Part shown: positions 58,969 through 64,000 of the stretch, piece by piece
Layout: every line of letters starts with the position of its first letter
How positions within the stretch are numbered: position 1 is the stretch's first letter
Assembly: GCA_000004695.1 (NCBI GenBank)
Contig: CM000153.2
Coordinates: forward strand, 2,688,001-2,752,000
Length of the DNA: 64,000 nt
Direction: 5' to 3'
Source: Dictyostelium discoideum
Taxonomy: Eukaryota
Notes under the pieces: generated by a model
Told to the model about the DNA's origin: nothing
The model's input: the letters and a program-made list of their open reading frames with translations, nothing else
The model's database searches: none
Made by a program: the position numbers and the translations under genes

Positions 58969-60039
58969 TTTTTTTTTTTTTTTTTTTTATTTGTTATTTT
59001 TAATTTTTAATTTTTTTATTTTTTATTTTTATATTTTATTTTTTATTTTTATATTTTAAATCTTAAAAAAAAATGGTTACTAACCACTCCCCCCATTTTT
59101 TTAAAAAAAAAAAAAAAAAAATGAAAAAAAATAAAAATAAAAATAAAAAAGTTATCAAAATTATCAAGAAGAAAAGAAGATCAAATTGCAAATAAAGATG
59201 AAAAAGGAAATGGAGTTAGTGATAGTTCAAATACGTCATCAAATAAAATTAACAAAGGAAACGTTATCAATAGTAGAAAAAGTAGGGATCAGTGTTTAAT
59301 AAATTAAATTCTCAAAATTTTATTAAAAAAAAAAATTCATCTTTTAATTTATTATTTTAATTTTATTTTTTTTAAATTTTTTTATTTTTTTTTTTTTATT
59401 TTTTTTTTTTTTAATTTTATTTTTTTTTTTTTTTTTTTAAATTTTAAATTTTCTTTTTTTTTGAGTCTTTCTAACACTTAACATATAATTAATTCATATA
59501 AAAAAAAACAAATAAAAAAAAAAAAAATAAACAAATAAAAAAAAAAAAAAAAGGTAAATAATAAATAAAATGACAAATAAAATAAAGAGTATATAAAAAG
59601 TTTAAATATTTAAAAAAAAAAAAAAAAAAAAAAAGAGTTATAAAAAAAGTTAAAAAAAAATAAAAATTAAAATAAAATAATTAAGATAATATAACACTAC
59701 ACATAAACTTTTTTAAAACGCACACTCACACTAGCATATTAATGCTAACACAATATTAATGTAACACCATAACTTTTTTTTTTTTTTTTTTTTTAATTTT
59801 ATTTTTATTTTTTTATTTTTATTTTTTTTTTTTTATTTTTTTAAAATTACATAAAACAATTTTTTTTTATTTTTTTTTTTTTAATTTTTAATTTTTATAT
59901 CAACAACACATAATTATATAGCCATAGATAAATAGATTAATAAGTAGAGTTATATTAATATATTATTATTTATCATCAGTAATAAAAATAGTAGCAGAAG
60001 TGTAATAGAGTAATAAAGTATTATTGTTGAAGAAAAAGG

Positions 60040-60082
<43 letters not shown>

Positions 60083-60098
60083 AAAAATAATAATAATT

Positions 60099-60169
<71 letters not shown>

Positions 60170-60188
60170 TAAATTATTTTGTAATTTT

Positions 60189-61460
60189 ATGTCTCCATAT
60201 GCACCAGAAAATAATCAGGACCCTGGTGGAGGTCTTGTAACAGAAGGAAACCAACCACAACAAAACAATTTTGTAAATACTAACAAATCCCCAACAACTA
60301 CACCACCACCACAAACTAGTAACGTAGTTAGTACACCACCAGCAACAGCCATTAATGCAGCAGGTGTAAATAATGGTTTAATTAATGGGGTTTTAAATAA
60401 TTCCTCTTCTTCTTCCTCCTCCTCTTCTTCTTCCTCTTCCTCATCACCAACACCAACTTCAATATCACCACCATTATCTGATATTGAACAAACATTAAAT
60501 GCATATCCAACTGATTTACCTGAATTGGTTGTAGCAGCATGTTGGTGGGCAGAATCTTTGGGAAAGTTAAATATGAACATACCAAAAGAGAATATAAAAC
60601 GTTTCCGTAAAGAACTCATTTTTGCTCTTCGTGATAGAATAAAAGGCCATTGGTATCCAGATTACCCAGAACGTGGTCAAGGTTATCGTGCAATCATTTG
60701 TGAAGAAACAACCGATAGATTATTAATGGATGCTGCAAAGAAATCCGATATTGTCGGTGAATTTAGACAATTGGTAAAACAAAATACTACCATGTGGATT
60801 GATCCTGGTAATGTTACCTATCGTCATGGTAAACATTATGAAAAAACTTTATATCCATTTAATAGTATCAACAACCACTATAGTCACCACAACAACAACA
60901 ACAACAACAACAATGGTATTAATATTACCAATAGTAACAATACTATACCAATTAATACAAGTGGTTATCATAACATCAATAATCATTTAAACAATAGTAA
61001 TAATACAATCCCACCTCAACAATCTCAACAACATATAAATAATAATAATAACAATAGTAATAACAATACCACCAATAATATAATTTTAAATAGTTTACAT
61101 CATCACCAAACCCAAATTTCTCAACAACATTTAAATAATAATAATAATCAAAACAACTTTTCATATGGAATTACATCAACAAGACTCACCCAAAACGTTG
61201 TAAATAGTAATAGTAATGGTCTTAATGGTAGAGTTTCATCACCATCCCTTTCATCCACTGCACCTGTATTTTCTCCTTCAAATTCTATGTATCATCATGT
61301 CCAACAACAATCTCATTCACCTTCAATTTCTCCACCTGCTTCTCCATCCAAAGATCTTGGTAACAGTAGCGGTAACAATACAAATGTATATTCTTCAAAC
61401 AATAATCTTTTCTATAATTCAAATACTTCATCTTCAAAAATAAAACTTGCATATTCTTAA
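60189..61460 (+). CDS. BTG/Tob anti-proliferative family protein, with a long N/S/Q-rich C-terminal tail.
   Basis: The true start is probably the ATG at 60189 (MSPYAPENN..). The track ORF start at 60024 lies in poly-A. The BTG box is LPELVVAACWWAESLGKLNMNIPKENIKRFRKELIFALRDRIKGHWYPDYPERGQGYRAIICEETTDRLLMDAAKKSDIVGEFRQLVKQNTTMWIDPGNVTYRHGKHYEKTLYP. This matches the family consensus (..F...L...L....HWfPe.P.kGsgYRCIri....d..i..A...sgl....l..LP.eltlWvDP.eV..R.GE). Confidence 0.7.
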   Translation: MSPYAPENNQDPGGGLVTEGNQPQQNNFVNTNKSPTTTPPPQTSNVVSTPPATAINAAGVNNGLINGVLNNSSSSSSSSSSSSSSSPTPTSISPPLSDIEQTLNAYPTDLPELVVAACWWAESLGKLNMNIPKENIKRFRKELIFALRDRIKGHWYPDYPERGQGYRAIICEETTDRLLMDAAKKSDIVGEFRQLVKQNTTMWIDPGNVTYRHGKHYEKTLYPFNSINNHYSHHNNNNNNNNGINITNSNNTIPINTSGYHNINNHLNNSNNTIPPQQSQQHINNNNNNSNNNTTNNIILNSLHHHQTQISQQHLNNNNNQNNFSYGITSTRLTQNVVNSNSNGLNGRVSSPSLSSTAPVFSPSNSMYHHVQQQSHSPSISPPASPSKDLGNSSGNNTNVYSSNNNLFYNSNTSSSKIKLAYS

Positions 61461-62151
61461 TTTAAAAAAAAAAAATTATCTTTTTATTTGTGTTTTTATT
61501 TTTAAATTAAAAAAAAAAAAAAAGATGGGTGAGTTGGTAGAATAAAAATTTTATTAATTAGTTATTACCTTTTTTTATTTTTTATTTTTTTTTATTTTTA
61601 TTACTTTTTTTAATTTTATAAATCAAAAAAATAATTAAATCTAGATTATTTTATTTGTTTTTTTTTTATTTTATTTTTTAAAACATTCAAATTTGACATA
61701 AAAAAAAAAAAAAGTATACATATAACAATTAAATCAAACCAATTTTTTTTTTTTTTTAAATCTATTTTTTATATAAATATACCCTTTCATTATTCCTCAA
61801 AAAAAAAAAAAAAAAAAAATAATTACAAAAAAAGGATTATAAATAATTAAATTCTAAAAATAATACAGAATGGTCGCATTCATTTTTTTTTTTTATTATA
61901 TTTTATATCACTTTGTGTATTTTCGAGTGTTCTATTTATATATATACTAAATTCATATTAAAATTAAAATTAAATCATTGTTAAAAAAAAAAAAAAATGA
62001 AAATAAAAAAAAAAAAAAAAAATGAAAAAAATTTTTTGGAATTGTTTTTTTTTTTTTTTTAATTTTTTTTTATTTTTTTTATTTTTTTTTATTTATTTTT
62101 TTTATTTTTGAAATTGAAAATAATCGTGATCAAGGTTAAATTTAATATAAA

Positions 62152-62237
62152 ATGTTAAAACAAGTTATTAAAACAGTATCAAGCTCACAAGCACCAAAGA
62201 AATATTTCTTTAAACAGTTTTGTACATCAACAAGTAG

Positions 62238-62273
<36 letters not shown>

Positions 62274-62280
62274 AATAAAA

Positions 62281-62316
<36 letters not shown>

Positions 62317-62700
62317 GATAAATAGTAATTTATTATTCTTTTAATTCTGAAAATACTAATACTAACCAATTAAATCAAATTCTTAATTGGTTCAATAATG
62401 GAATAGATTCAAGTTTTCAATATATTTTAGCAGAAAAGAAAGGTCGTGTTGGTCTTGTTACTTTAAATAGACCAAAATCATTAAATGCACTTTCTGATGG
62501 TTTAATTTCAGAAATTAACAGTGCTGTTAAACTCTTCCAAGAAGATAAAGATGTTGGTTCAATCATTATCACTGGTAGTGAAAAAGCATTTGCTGGTAAG
62601 TAAATAAATAATAAAAAAAGAAGAAACAAATTTATGTTATAGTAATTCATTTCTAATATATATACATATATTATTTATCAATTTTATTATTATAATAATA

Positions 62701-62742
<42 letters not shown>

Positions 62743-63228
62743 TTTAAAAATAATTAATATTAATATTCAATCAATAGCTGGTGCAGATATTAAAGAAATG
62801 GAAAAAGTTACATTACCAGATGCTTACAATAATGATCTTTTAGCACAATGGCATGACCTTACCAAGATTCGTAAACCAATTATTGCAGCTGTAAATGGTT
62901 ATGCATTAGGTGGTGGTTGTGAATTAGCAATGATGTGCGATATTATTATCGCTGGTGAAAAAGCAGTATTTGGTCAACCAGAGATTAAATTAGGTACTAT
63001 TCCAGGTTGTGGTGGTACACAACGTTTAATTAGAGCAATTGGTAAATCAAAAGCTATGGAATTAGTTTTAACAGGTAATAATTTAACTGCAGTTGAAGCT
63101 GAAAAAGCTGGTTTAGTTAGTAAAGTTGTTCCAGTTGAAGAACTTTTAACTGAAGCCACTAAAATGGCTGAAAAAATCGCTTCTTATTCTCAATTAACTG
63201 GTAATTATTTATTTTTATTTATTCAATC

Positions 63229-63287
<59 letters not shown>

Positions 63288-63628
63288 TAATAGTAACTAA
63301 TTATAATTAATTTTTAAAAATAATTTTAATAAATAGTTGCAATGGCAAAAGAAGCAGTAAATGCATCATATGAATTAACTCTTCAAGAAGGTATTAGATT
63401 CGAACGTAGAATGTTCCATTCTACTTTTGGTACTGTAGGTATCATTATTTTATTACTATTATTTTTATTACCATTTTTTAAAATTAAATATTTATTTATA
63501 TATGTATATGTATATGTATGTATAATATGATTTCTAACTAAATTTTTAATTTACTTACTTAGCATGACCAAAAAGAAGGTATGAACGCTTTTGTTGAAAA
63601 GAGAACTCCAACATGGCACAACAAATAA
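62152..63628 (+). CDS. echs1: Mitochondrial enoyl-CoA hydratase (crotonase, ECHS1 ortholog), 5 exons.
   Basis: join(62152..62233,62326..62595,62778..63200,63337..63434,63563..63628). The donors are GTAGGG, GTAAGT, GTAATT and GTAGGT. The protein is [27 protein letters not shown] (presequence) ..[92 protein letters not shown]...[32 protein letters not shown]. This is collinear with human ECHS1, including the catalytic-site region. Confidence 0.85.
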
Positions 63629-64000
63629 ATGAATAGATAAATCTCTGCAAACTTGGATTTTATTTATTTGTTTATATACATGGAATTTTAAAAAAAAAAT
63701 AAAATAAAAAAAAATAAAAAAATAAAAAAATTAAATTAAAAATAAAAATATAATAAATAATTAAAAAATAATAATAATAATAGTAATAATTAAATAAATT
63801 ATTGGTTTTTTTTTTTTTTTTAATGTGTAATACTAAGTGTATAGAAAAAAAAAAAAAAAATAAAAATAATAATAATAATAATAATTTAAATTATATTAAA
63901 ATACAAAGTAAATCAAAATGTTGATAGTTGTAAGAAACATATTACAAAAAACTATTTTTTTTTTTTAGTTTTTACATATTTAAGTCTATTTATTGTCAAT

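Overview
The window is very AT-rich eukaryotic nuclear DNA with the hallmarks of a dictyostelid social amoeba, most likely Dictyostelium discoideum. Those hallmarks are long A/T homopolymer tracts in intergenic DNA, (ATT/AAT)n and (CAA/TTG)n microsatellites (the latter encoding poly-N, poly-Q and poly-T), and short AT-rich GT..AG introns of about 80-220 nt that begin GTAAGT or GTATGT. There are no prokaryotic features (no CRISPR, no operons) and no recognisable transposon or tRNA. I reconstructed about 23 protein-coding genes by reading across the ORF track and splicing exons by eye; intron coordinates are manual and approximate to a few nt.

The most confident calls are:
- a roughly 3,800-codon HUWE1/Tom1-type HECT ubiquitin ligase (5 exons);
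- a bifunctional trehalose-6-phosphate synthase/phosphatase;
- a paxillin-like LD/LIM protein;
- mitochondrial enoyl-CoA hydratase;
- OPA3, ZNHIT1, a BTG/Tob protein, and the N-terminus of a P5B-type ATPase;
- four trafficking and signalling proteins recognised by direct similarity to human or Arabidopsis proteins: exocyst Sec3/EXOC1, syndetin/VPS50 (EARP), TPLATE (TSET complex) and kaptin (KICSTOR).

The more unusual items are: a degenerate, truncated AMP-binding (acyl-CoA-synthetase-like) protein; a bacterial-type LCM-family methyltransferase with a poly-Q extension; a possible DUSE-driven small ncRNA in a 2.6-kb intergenic region; a 3-kb gene-free interval; and a 3'UTR palindrome.
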